NCBI GenBank assembly: GCA_964247055.1
Contig: OZ176050.1
Span: forward strand, 8,680,001-8,744,000
Direction of reading: 5' to 3'
DNA length: 64,000 nt
Origin: Paragordius varius
Lineage: Eukaryota; Animalia; Nematomorpha
Shown piece by piece: positions 1 to 12,432 of this stretch; position 1 is the stretch's first letter; every line of letters begins with the position of its first letter. The translations under genes and the position numbers were made by a program. Below the pieces are notes generated by a model. It saw only the letters and a program-made list of their open reading frames with translations. It made no database searches and was not told where the DNA came from.

Positions 1-382
1 AACGGTCTCATACCCTGAGCAAAAAATATTTTAGTTTTTTTTTGAAAAAAATGGCATTTTACGGGGGGAACGGGTAAAAAGAGAGCCTAAATTAAAAAAG
101 TAAGCCGACTAGGTTCTGCGCAATCGAAAATAATAAGAAATCGAATGGTCCAACGTTTTCCGGAAAATTGTCTTAAAGACACGATTTTTCTGGACTTCGG
201 ATTTCAAAAAAAACCGTTTTTTACAGGGGGTGGGCCCGAATTGGGAGCCTAATTCAAAAAAAGGGCGAAGCTATTGTCGGGGCATTCATCAATGATTATA
301 TTTTTTTGACATTTGGATTGAATGTAGTACCAGTTTTCCGGAAACAGATCACAAAGCCAGCATTTTTCATTTTTATAAATAT
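1..382. mobile_element. End of a repeat element truncated by the window start; inverted, diverged copy of 7820-8230
   Basis: Blocks such as AAAAAATGGCATTTTACGGGGGGAACGGGTAAAAA, TCGAATGGTCCAAC, AAAAAAGGGCGAAGCTATTGTCGG and CATTTTTATAAATATATA are reverse complements (about 80% by eye) of 7820-8230. Confidence 0.8.
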
Positions 383-419
383 ATAGATTATAATGATCGG
401 AATAGAAATGCTGTTATAA

Positions 420-570
420 ACAGTCTTTTTGAACCAGAAGATTTTATGATATATTCTACGATGATTGTTATCTTTCTTTATAACAATAATTTTACAAGTT
501 AATTATTTTTATTACTCGCGACCCCATAATTATGCTAGGTCGTGACCCACAGTTTAAGAAGCCCCGACTT
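420..570. mobile_element. Degenerate hAT-type MITE fragment
   Basis: Ends in GGTCGTGACCCACAGTTTAAGAAGCCCC, resembling the GGTCGCGACCCACAGTTTGAGAA terminal motif of many animal hAT MITEs. Motif recall only. Confidence 0.3.
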
Positions 571-1043
571 AAAGAATAAACCGTATTTTACAATAAAATA
601 TGACTTAGTTTATCGGTAAACCATATAATTGTACATACTCTCCCAAATCCAATTTAGTAAAAAATGCAAATATATATAAGGGATAATTGCAAGAACGAGG
701 GCGTATTCGAAAAGTTGATATAATTGGGAGAGGATAATATTCAAATGTTTTAAAGTCGACCCAAATTTTTAAATAAATTTTCTATAAAATTGCCATCAAA
801 ACATTCATTGACATAAATAATCCAAGTTAGGTTATGTAAACAACATGTACTCAAAATTATTATATGAAACTTAATTACCATAAATATCTTCCACAAAATA
901 TTGGTTTCACAATTAGATATTTATTAAAATATACTATGCAAGATAAAAATATGTTTATTACAAATATTAATATGATTGTGTGCTCATCATTTGCACAAAT
1001 TTGGTTGCTGTTGTTTAATATGATGATAATAAAATATTTAAGC

Positions 1044-4000
1044 TCATGATCTCCAAAATCGAAAATCTATCGAAGGAATATCTTCACATCGTACAAATGG
1101 GTTTCTAAAATTGGTTTAAAAATGTTGTTTATTTTACAAAACAAAAATATTGAAAAAAAGTTCTTAAACACATACTCAAAACTTGGTTCAAGAAATACGT
1201 TTCGAGTGATAGTTGTAATGGTATCTGAGTTATCACACACTATTCGCGCAAGCGTGACTTTGCGGATTTCTTGTAATTGACCTTACAATAAAATATTTAT
1301 TGAGTGTATATTTAATTTTTTTCATATAGGGTAACGAGGACTAGGACATATCTGTATTAAAAGGTTAATATACATGCCAGGAGCCATGTATGTTAAATAT
1401 TTCATTAAACACTACTGTATTTTTTTTATACAATTGTCAAAAATTTAAGAAAAATAAAAATAAAAAATTTCATACATTTGAATTAAACACTCTTTTAGCC
1501 ATTATAACCTAAAGATATGGCCTTTCAATAATAGTGCTCGTTATTGTAAAAGGTATTTGGTTAACAAAAAGTTACTTGGAGTGAATGCATGTGTTATTAT
1601 TCCAGGTTCATTGTCGTTTTCATACCAAAAACGATCTCCAAACCGGAAATTCTTAAATTGGTTCCCTATGATACAAGAAAACGTGGGACCCAAAATACCA
1701 TCCGAATGTTCGTATTGAATCCTTGAGAATAAACGGGCCCTTCTATCCACGATTTCGGAAACACCGCCGACAAAAAGATCCACATCATCCACATGACTAG
1801 AGTATTATAATAAAAAATTTTTTTATAGAGACCTAAATCGTAAATCAGTCTCACTAAGTACCATTTTTAAATTATTTATAATAACAGTTAAAGTCAATTA
1901 ATTTGTTAGAATAATTGTTGTACTTGTAAACGGCGCGAAATCCATCTATGGCATTCGGTATGATTTGACCTCTCATATCATCCCAGTTACGAAACCTTCG
2001 TAATCCGCAATATTCACGCCAATCATTGTAACTTGGTACTCCTTGTTCTCGGGCCCGCATCAAATTTAGTGCCATCAAATCCATACCTTTATTTTGATAA
2101 ATAAAAAATTAACATAAAATTTGACATTTTAACATATATCATAATTATAATTTACCAAATCTTTCATGCGGCAATTTAAATAAATGGTCCCTAACATCAT
2201 CTACTATATGGTTATCCATATTCTGAGAATGCTGATGAAACATTCCGCGCAGCAGAGGATCAGTGCCTTCTGGCAATAAATCTCGATAAATGTGTTGGGG
2301 TTGAAAAAAATCCTTCCTTAAATTTAATGGATCCATGACAACATTTCGGTCGCTCATACGGAACATTTCTTTACTAAGCGCATTTATACAGTTTAGATTA
2401 ATTGATCATTTTTTAATAATACAGTCATGTATATGGATTGACAAACATTCGTTTTTAAATGATTATAATTTTTTTTTAATTGTTTTGATGTTTGTTCAAC
2501 ATGCGCATTTTTAAGCCTTATGTTGAAAGTTGACATAAACATCAAAACAATTAAAAACAAATTTTAATCATTTAAAAACGAATGTTTGTCAATTCTACAT
2601 ATACATGACTGTAAGTTGATGATGAAATTAACACAATAATACCAAATTTACTTAATTAAACTGTGTCCGAATCGAAAGGCAGCTGTCACAAAGCCATGAT
2701 CTACTGTCGCATCCACCGTTTGGTCATAGCCAATGAAATAGCCCGTGCTCCTAAGACCCAATCCAAATTTAGCCAAATTTCTTTGACCAATCAGGATGGG
2801 GAGTAATTCATTGTAGGAAATGTGTTGTATTTCGGCTGCTACGATGCGGCGAGCCTCTTGATATCTGAATATGGATAAATAAAAAAGGCATGAGATTTTA
2901 CATATTGCACTAAAGTTAAAATGGCGAGAGGGTGTGGCTAGTTTTGAGCTAACTCTTATTGTTACATTTTCCTAGGCGCTACCAATGTTCCATATTTATG
3001 TATTTATTTATCAATTGAAATTAATGAAATGGGATAAAATTAATGAGACATGATATACCGTTTAATTAGTTAAAATTTTGCCAACAATAAACTAGACATT
3101 TGATTTTAAAATTCATAGTTAACATATCATGTGATATTTTTTTATTTCAAAAAAATCGGCATTAACTTTTTTAGGGTTAAACAGTTAAAATTTTTTTAGC
3201 AAAAATTCAATTTTTACAGTTTTTCATCATTCCATCTTGGGTTAAGTCTTCTTAAAGATTGGGCAACTCGATTATGTTCTCTCACGAAAATGGTGTGAAT
3301 GACAATAAGCAGGGAGTTTTCATTTGCTCGACTATCACCTAAAATGATAAAATATATTTAAAATTTTTGAAAAAACCAAACATTCAGGGTATATTCTTTT
3401 AAAAATTTATATTGAGCAGCTAAAACCTGCAGCAAAACATTTCATAGGACCCCGTCTGATCTCACATTGGCTGGAAGAGGAAACATTGGATATGGGCATT
3501 AATGGTTTGTGATCTGGATTAAATGGATTTGGTTGCGTTTTTAATTCACCTAAAAAATGAATTAAAGCTTAAGTTTTGGGCAAATTATATTAAATGTATA
3601 CCATTTACAATTTAAATACACCTATATGTGTTTTCGGGCTAATATAACTCATTATTAATATAAAATATATCTTTATGGCTTAGTTTATTATTTTATCACT
3701 ATTATTTAAATTTTAAACAAAATTTTACTTTAAAAGGATATAGCTAATTTTTAATCTTAAAAACATATAATTTATTTTTAGGGTGAATATGCATTCAAGG
3801 GTGAATAATAAGTGTAAATATAATATTAATTTAAGTTAAACACCAACCTCCGGAAAAAGAACGCAAAAGATCGGCCAATTCCTGAGTGGATCCATAAATG
3901 GGAGACCCGTCAATATATGATGTTACTTCATTATTTTGATTTCGGGGACCTTAATCACACAAAATTATATATATCAGTATTTTTTAGATTAATATTTCAA

Positions 4001-6556
4001 AGTTAATGGCATTTTATAATGAAATTTTGAAAACCTATGTTTTATAAAACGAGTCAAAGTCCTTACGCTTAATAAATTAAATTATAACATTTATTGGCAA
4101 GATAAATTGATTTTCACGCTTTAAACTTAAATATTTAGCATTCGGGATGCTTCATTCGAGATGATTGTCAAATAATGAACATTTTTCAAAATATTATTTA
4201 AAACGCCTTATAAATTTGTCACAGATGATATTAAAACTATACCCAAACGACAATCCTTATCTATGACTGGAAGAGATCTAACCATTTCCATACAAGTGTG
4301 CTGAAACTGAGAAAAGAAATGGTCGTCTCGGGGAAAATGAACGTTCATGCAAAGTGGGTGATTCGCGTTTTCCCGTTCACAACATTTTATTTTTCCAAAC
4401 ATAAAAGCTTTAAAAAAGCAATTAATTTTATTTAAATTCTTATAATAAATCATAATTAGTAATTTCACGGATACATAGCGATTAAAATTATTTTTTCTTT
4501 ATCCCATGTTTTTGGCATTTTGTAATTTATAATGAATAATCAAATCATCTTACATAAAAAAATATGGATAAGGTTTGAGCCAAAAAATTAGTTACAAATT
4601 TAATGGTCAGAATCGAGGATTTCTAGAGCAAATAAAAATAAGGAGAATCCAATATAAAAAAATTAGAACATGTTTAGCATACTTGTAGGGCTTGATGCGA
4701 AAGCAAATTCATGATCCATCAATTGTCCAAAAACCATAACCATATTGGTGACAGTCGAATGGTCTTTTGTCTCACTTGGCAAAACAGCAGTGCTAATTAT
4801 CCTTGGGTTAGGTAATTCTCCGCCCAAAACCGATTGTCTGGGTTCATTCAATCCTTTATATAAAGCACAGAAGACACGTACAGAATTAATGTAACGGTTT
4901 CGAATATTTTTTTGGAAATACTTTTGAAAAAGATATAATAAGGTAAAACAGGAATCGGAACTGGAACAATGATTCCCAAAGGTTCTGAGGAAGAGATTTT
5001 GTTAATTTATTATTTATAAGGTATAAACTTATTTACTATTTTTTCTTTGAATTAAATTTTCGAATTTTCAGAGAAAAACAGCTTATAACAATTTTTTTAG
5101 TTTATATGTTTTTTTATTTCTACCAAAATAATAGGCTATATCCAAATTTGTAATCGGAGCCGAAATTAGAACCATTTGACTCAAAAACAATGGAATTGAA
5201 ACCGAAGCCAAAAAAATTTGACAATACTAAACCACAACCGAGACCATTAGATAGCACTCTGCAAGAAAATTGGTTGGAAATAGAGTCAGTGACAAAAAAT
5301 GACTTTAAAAACGGTTCCGGTTTCAATCTCTGGATTTTACAAAAAATATTTTACAATATACCATCTCCATAATCTGCAGGAATGAACCTTTGGGCCGGGT
5401 AATGAGTTGTGCCCTGAAAAGGATTCCTTAAATTATTGCAAAATCCATCAATTTCACGATATATATTGTTATGGCGACAAATGCGGCTGCTTCGGAACCT
5501 ATCGTAATGATAAGGGCATTCACTTTCCATGACTGTGAAATTTAGATCAAGTGAATTGAGTAAATTCGCCATTTGATATTTATTTATGTGTTCACCATCT
5601 CGTCTAACATATTCCAAAATATCAGTTTAATGAGATGATCTTATAAAATAGTTTTTTATAAATTAAAGTATGGATATAATTGAATGTTTACAGCATTATC
5701 TTTTTCAGATTGTCAGCAGCCATGGTGGCAACGAATCCCATTCTTACTTTAGTGTTTTCTACTGGTTGATTTCGTAAATTCCCTATTTGTAAAATATGGG
5801 TAATTAATTCAAGTTTTAATTGTTGTATGTATTAACGCTAATCCCAAAAGAATATTTAAAAATGGATTAGAACTTATATGGGACATAGATTTACATTGTA
5901 ATTAATTATTGGGCATGGACAGAATTTGGTTTAGTTAATTTTTAATGCAGTAAATAGCACTACTATAGGTGATATTTGTTTTAAATGGTTGAACGAGTAA
6001 TTTTACATGTCAGTACCATTAAATAAAATATCATTTGGTTTATTTAACATACAGATATGGCCTATAATAGTGCTCATAACTGTATATAAACCATTACAAT
6101 GGGGGAAAAAGTTGCTAGGCACCTAAAAGCCTTTTGCAAAGCAGAAAAAGTTGTTGGTTTATGTGTTTGACTACAAACAAACAGTAATATATTCAACTAA
6201 AATTGCTGTTAGCCTTATAATTTTTAACAAGTTTCACATTTATTAACACGCTCAGAGAATTAAAACGAAATTTATAGAGATATCTTACTCCGGTATATAA
6301 CGCCCCTGAGTTCTCTCTGAGCCATGCGATTGACTCTTGCCATAGATTGTTCCAGAGCTTGTTCTATATCTGTTCGAGATATCCTTTGGGCTAATTGGGC
6401 TTGACTTTGGGGTCGACCCCTTAAAATTGGAGGTCTCGGATTAACCAAAGTAAAAACATCATCGCTCAATATAAATATTTCTTGTGCTAATACATTGATG
6501 GTCCATATACATAGAGAGAATAGTGTGAATGTCAATATCGTGGAGAATTTCAGCAT
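1044..6556 (-). CDS. Secreted animal haem peroxidase (peroxidase-cyclooxygenase superfamily; chorion peroxidase/peroxinectin-like), about 754 aa, 14 exons
   Basis: Exons 6556-6289, 5782-5692, 5603-5362, 4853-4683, 4407-4243, 3949-3848, 3549-3427, 3338-3218, 2864-2652, 2373-2156, 2086-1924, 1796-1576, 1281-1176, 1104-1044. All GT-AG with consistent phases, 2265 nt in total. Signal peptide [24 protein letters not shown]. Motifs: [19 protein letters not shown] (distal Gln/His), [33 protein letters not shown] (proximal His), [23 protein letters not shown]. Confidence 0.95.
2422..2611. mobile_element. 190-bp hairpin MITE (Tc1/mariner-type ends) in a peroxidase intron
   Basis: TA|CAGTCATGTATATG...CATATACATGACTG|TA; the arms are near-perfect reverse complements over about 85 bp with a short loop; TA target duplication. 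Confidence 0.85.
3601..3820. mobile_element. CCATTTAC-family MITE, degenerate copy, in a peroxidase intron
   Basis: Starts TA|CCATTTACAA; internal TGTGTTTTCGGGCTAATATAACTCAT is shared with the copy at 49726; AGGGTGAAT repeats at the right end. Confidence 0.7.
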
Positions 6557-7191
6557 GTTAACTCTTAGAAGAAAGCAAGAATTATTATAAATGTGGATAA
6601 TAAATTTTAATCAATATTAGATACGAATTTTTTAAATGCACATTTATGTAATATAAAATTAGATTATAACATATCTAACCTATATTGTTTTGTCACCTTA
6701 TATAACTAAATAAATTAATCAATATGACGGTTTTTATCAAATAAAAATTATGCTTGTTTTTCATAATTTTGTCAAATTCTTCGAATTGTTTACGTTCTAC
6801 ATGTTGAATTCTGGTTATTAATCTTATATCTATTATATTATTTGATCTAAAAACACAACCCAAAAAGGAATATATAATAATTTTCATAATCTCGATAACA
6901 GGTATAAAAGCATATATTCCCCAAATAAGATAAGAAATCATATTATATTCTATATTTATAATAAAAATACGCAATTTTTGTAATTATGCAAAGATTAACT
7001 AACAATAATAATCATAAATTGTTTCAAGGATGCCGATAAATAATATTAAGTTATATATCGAAAGTTTAATTGGTTCATTCTTAAATTTTTTTAGATAATC
7101 TTATAAAATTATTTCTAGAAATCGAAATTTTAAATTTATAGATGCTGTGTTATTGAAAATCTAATACTTTTAAATTATGTTTTCACAAAAA

Positions 7192-7233
7192 AGGGTGTGC
7201 TCGTTTTTCACACGCGAACAGGCAAGACACTAG
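7192..7233 (+). mobile_element. Possible Helitron-type 3' end
   Basis: GGGTGTGCTCGTTTTTCACACGCGAACAGGCAAGACACTAG followed by T: a short GC-rich stem (GTGTG/CACAC) then CTAG|T. Confidence 0.3.
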
Positions 7234-7819
7234 TTATTAAAAATTTTTCCGACAACAAATTGAACTCTTAATATACAATAATATTTTCAAGTATGTTCTC
7301 ACAGAACTCTGATGTGACGAAATACATTTTTTGAAATTTTTACTAAATATTTTTATGTATGTTATATTTTATGAGTATATGCAAAATACTTAATGAAGCG
7401 CCTTCGCATCTATCTTTAACCGTACCCACTTTAAATTAGGCCTAATACAATTCATGTAATTGTGTATTTCCAATCTGAAACGTTGGGTCCATTTGTATAT
7501 AAAATTGTGGCTAGATATTTCATTTACTTATAAAGCCACTTAAAGCGTCAGGGTGGAATTGGACATTTTATTTAGGGAGGTACAAATTTTGATTTTTGTA
7601 AATGTATTTTCCACTGTCAGCCATGGGCTGAAAGTCAATTAACTCTAAGAAAAGGAAATTTATGCTGTAGATTTAATATTTTAATATCATAATCTAAAAT
7701 ATATTGAAAATTACTCTAGCGCAATCTCTGCATTTTTGCGATTATTTAAGAAAACTACACCATTTTAAGGGGTTCCAAAAAATTTTATATGGATTTAGCT
7801 CCAAATTAATATATATATT

Positions 7820-10130
7820 ATTTATAAAAATGGAAAGTGGTGGCTTTGCGACCTGTTTCTGAAACGGTAGACCCATTCAAATCCAAATATCGAAAAAATA
7901 TAATTATTTATGAATGCTCCGACAATAGCTTCGCTCTTTTTTTGAATTAGGTCCCCAGTTCGGCCACCCCGTGTAAAAAACGGGGTTTTTTGTAAACACA
8001 AGTCCAAAAAAATCGTGTCTTTGTGACACTTTCCAGAAAACGTGTTGGACCATTCGATTTAAAATATAATAATTTTTTACTTGTTTTTGATTGCGCCGAA
8101 CATAATCGGCTCGCTTTTTTAATTTAAGTCCTATTTTTACCCGCTTCCCCCGTAAAATGCCATTTTTTCAAAAAAATTAGGTCCACAAAAATAATTTTTT
8201 GAATCTATTTTTCGCCCAAATTATGAGACCATAATAATTCAATAAGAATTCCTGGTATCCCCTGTTAAAAGGCAAAAATTTTAGTAATGCGTTTCTTTGA
8301 TGATAGCTGCTGAAAAGGAGATACCCGCTAAAAACTGACCCGTCATATCGAAATAGCGTGCTTTGGGGGTAAATTTCAGGAAACCTATTAGGCCATATGA
8401 GTTCAATAGCTTCTTAAAATAATACCCGTAACAAGGCAAAAATTTAGATCGTACGGTTTTATCAAATAACCGTTAATTAGGCCCTTCACGCCCTAAAAAA
8501 TGCACCACCATGGAATGATTTTTTAGTTTTGAGGCAATTTTTCCAAAAACTAATGAGAGCTTATGGATTCAAACATGATTCCAGTAATTCTCCGTAAATA
8601 GCCAAAAAAATTTATCAAGCGCTTTTTTTGTATCAGCCTCTGGGTAGGGAGCTACCCGCCTAAAACTGCGCCATCATATCGAAATTGCGTTATTTAAGAT
8701 TAATTTTCAGAAAACTTATCAGGCCATATAAGTTTTTTAAGGGCCTGAAATATCACCCGTAAAAAGACAAAAATTTAAGGCGAGCGGTTTTTTTAAATTA
8801 GCTTTTAATTAGGCCCTGGCCCTAAAAAAGCGCTATAATGAAACTATTATTTGCCATTCTTTCAAAAACTATTAAGAACATATAAAATGAATGATGATTC
8901 CAGATATTCCCCTATAAAGGCAAAATATTTTCCCGAACGTCTTTTAAGTAGGGGGCTACCCGCCATCAACTGCGCCACCATATCGATACAGCGTGACTTT
9001 GGAGACAAATTTTAGAAATCTTATCAGGCCATATGAGTTCATAAGGGATTATTACCCGTAAAAAGGCAAAAATTTAAGTAAAGCGGTTTTATTAACTACC
9101 CCTTAATTAGGCCCTTTCTCTGAAATATGCGCCACCATAGAATGAGTTTTTGGTTTTGAGGCAATTTTTCAAAATCAGTGCATATGGAATCAATCATGAT
9201 TCCAGGTATTACCCGAATTAAGGCAAAAAATTTATTCAAGCGGTTTTATGTACGCCCCTGGTTAGGAGGCTACCCGCCAACAACTGCACCACCATATCGA
9301 TACAAGCTTTGGAGGCAAATTTTAGAAAACTTATCAGGCCATATGAGTTTAATAAGGTCTTGAAATATTACCGTAAAAAGGAAAAAATTTAAGTAGAACG
9401 GTTTTATTAAATTACCCCTTAATTAAGTCCTTACCCTGAAAAATGCGCCACCATAGAATGGGTTTTTAGTTTTGAGGCAATTTTTCCAAAATCAGAGCAT
9501 ATGGAATCAATCATGATTCCAGGTATTAGCCGAATCAAAAATTTTAATCAACTGTTTTGTTTGCCCCTGGTTAGGGGACCCGCGTAAAATTGCCTCACCA
9601 TATCGATGCAGCATGCCTTTGGAGGCAAATTTCAGAAAACCTATGAGTCTGATAGGAACATATGGAATCCAGGGTAATTCCAAATATTCCCCATATAAAG
9701 GCAAAAATTTTGCCCAACGTTTTTTTATACTTGTCCCTGGGTAGGATCTACCCGCCAAAAACTGCGCCACTATATAGAAATTGCGTTGTTTTGAAGCTAA
9801 TTTACAGAAAATTTATGAAGCCATATGAGCTCATTAAGAATTGAATATTACGCGTAACTAGGTAAAAATTAAGGTCAGTGTTTTTTTATTACCTGCTAAG
9901 AGCCTTATGCCCTGAAAATACGCCATTTTTTTCGAATAACCCATGAGACGATGGTATCAAAGGTTATTCCAAATATTTGGCCTATAAAGGCAAAGAATTT
10001 AACTTAACGCTTTTTCCATGTAGGTCTATGGGTTGGGTACCGGTTTAAAACTGAGACGTCATACAAAAATGACTTGGTTTTGGAGCAAATTTCCAAAAAA
10101 ATAAGAAGCCATACGAGTTCAGTTGAACAC
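7820..10130. mobile_element. Large non-coding repeat element: ~400-bp terminal domain plus a degenerate tandem array of ~12 units of ~155-170 bp
   Basis: 7820-8230 mirrors 1-382. AAGGCAAAAATTT-like anchors recur at about 8270, 8432, 8604, 8765, 8917, 9063, 9221, 9380, 9535, 9699, 9860 and 9988. No ORF with recognisable motifs. A related fragment lies at about 16410-16480. Confidence 0.8.
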
Positions 10131-11499
10131 ATTTCTGGAGAATTGGTATATAATCATTCTTTCCGTTAAAAAGGAACCACAAATGATTTACTTTTTATAT
10201 CCCTTAATCCCAATTGTGTGAACACAATTTTAAGAAAATACTTTTAACCATGATTAAAAAATATCGTAAAATAAATCCAATAATAGTTGAATATTAACTT
10301 TAATAAGGGACAGTTTAAATATGGTCGATTTCGGTCAATATTTGAGCCTATGTAAAAACCCGTAAAAGAATAATAATTAAAGACATTATTTTTATTAAAT
10401 TTGTTTTTATTATTATTATCTCAATTACTTCTATTTATTGCAAATTATTAAGAAAAATTATTGGAATGACTACGTCTAGTTTTGTAAAAATTGTATATAT
10501 TTTTAATTTTGTTTTTCTAAAGCTTTTTTTATCTAACAAAAGCTGTTAGGGTGCAAACACGTATGTAAGAATTTCAGTAATTTGAAAAATTAAAATCTGC
10601 AAATAAAATTATTATCCATTAGTTAAATCTATACATTTTAATATATCATATTTATATATATATATATATATATTATCTAACAAACGTTAATAATATAACC
10701 AATATTTACGCTGTAGTCCAATTTACATCACGAGGTACATCTATAAATGTCTAACGAATGTTTTAGACCTAAACACATATACCAAAGTTTATCTTATTTA
10801 ACGTAAATTTTAATATCTAACTAATCTTTTTACATTTTATCTGTTAAATTTTTAGTAAAACAACAGACTTAAGCTATTTCAAATGTTTTGGTATTTTATT
10901 GTTTCTTGTGTTAACACAATCAAATTTTATTTGCATAGCTAAAAAGATATAGCCAAAATAATGAAAAGACATGTTTTTTAATTTTTTGTATTTCTTATCT
11001 GACGTTTTCAGATTTTAAAAACCATTATCGATTCAAACTTTTGACTGTTCCAAAACGAAGAATTGAATGAAGAAATGTATATAACTGAACTGCAATCTAA
11101 ATTAAAAACTATTGGCAATTTTAAAATATAGTTTTACATATAAAAATGTTTTATAACTCTAAATTCATACTTAAATGACCATTTGTATAAGACTGATTAG
11201 TTTCATAACACCTAATAAATACAAAGTAATTATTTTTTGACTGATATAAATTATATTTAAATTGTATGAATAATTAAATTATTGTTAAAATATATTGATT
11301 GGTATAAGAAAATTTAAATAGAGTCGAATTATTTAATTGGTCAAATTAATCAAATGTTATAATGACGGGGCCAATTAATAATAATTAAAGTTTAATGTTG
11401 AAGTGATGCATTAATATTGATATTTAGGATACTTTTCATGACCGCATCTCAATAAAAAGTTTTGATTAGTAAAATAATTTATGCCAAAATGTTAAATAA

Positions 11500-12432
11500 T
11501 TATTCCAACCACCAACAATTTTCAATAGGTTGGTCATTAAGATAGAAAACTGGTTCACATGCACAATAATTTATTCGGCATTCAGCTTCTGGAAAACGTT
11601 CACATTTAGCATCCTGGCATATTTTTGCCTCACACATTCTAGCGCATGAAATTTGTCTCTCTATTAAATAAAATTTTTTAGTAAGGACCGGTAAAATTGT
11701 TGGTTCCGGAACCGATTTCACGTAGTTTATAAATAACGGTTTAGTTTCCATTGTTTTTAGTTGATAAATAAATGGTCACGAAAACATACTCATATAAGCC
11801 TTAATTTTTTTCGTGATTGAGTCCAAAAAAACACACTTCAAAAATAGATATTCATAATATTAAATGATAATAATAATATTTATAACATACCTGATTTTAT
11901 ATAAGAAACTAAATTTAAATTAGGCTCGCTAAATTAAATATTATCCTAAATAAACTTTTCCTCTATTAAATATTAAAATTTTTTGCGAACGATTTCAGGC
12001 GCCAGTGATTTTTTTCCTTTACAAATCCGAATATTTAAATAAAAATGAAAAATCATCTAAATGCTAACAGAGATGTAAATTGATAGTCATATAAAATATT
12101 GAAGAGCCAATATAGCTCTCGCTGTATTATAAAGTATGAAAAACTCTTTACTATATATAGAAATCCAGACATATTATTAATTATTAATCAAATTATTGCT
12201 TCAATTTTCTCCAATTATTAATTTTTACATATCCTTCTGATTAAATCAATTTTAATGTCCATGAAATTTGAAAATAACTATCTATTTTTATGTAAATACT
12301 TGGATGTTTTACATACTTTAAATTAATAAAATAAAAATTGATGTTTTAAAAGTTCTTACTTCTTTTTGGCAACCCTTCAACAGCCGCCAACCAAAGAATC
12401 AATAAGAAAATTAAGTTACCGACAACGTTCAT
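11500..12432 (-). CDS. Small secreted cysteine-rich peptide (77 aa, or 83 aa with a candidate micro-exon)
   Basis: Exon 1 (12432-12360) encodes MNVVGNLIFLLILWLAAVEGLPKR and ends at a GTAAGA donor (phase 1). Acceptor TTTATTTAATAG at 11661 precedes exon 11660-11500, encoding RQISCARMCEAKICQDAKCERFPEAECRINYCACEPVFYLNDQPIENCWWLE* (8 Cys). Optional 18-nt phase 1-1 exon at 11908-11891 with donor CAG|GTATGT. Confidence 0.8.

Noticed and set aside
382-7820. Peroxidase as cargo inside a single giant transposon
   Set aside because: The sharp TA-bounded ends of the flanking repeats face the gene rather than outward and are about 20% diverged; kept only as the weaker composite-unit hypothesis.
9178-9844. 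Short ORFs within the tandem array
   Set aside because: Chance frames in degenerate satellite units; no transposase or other motifs.
11661-11751. ORF-track N-terminus METKPLF... of the Cys-rich ORF
   Set aside because: No signal peptide, and it ends in a good branch and acceptor sequence; better explained as intron, with the real first exon at 12432-12360.
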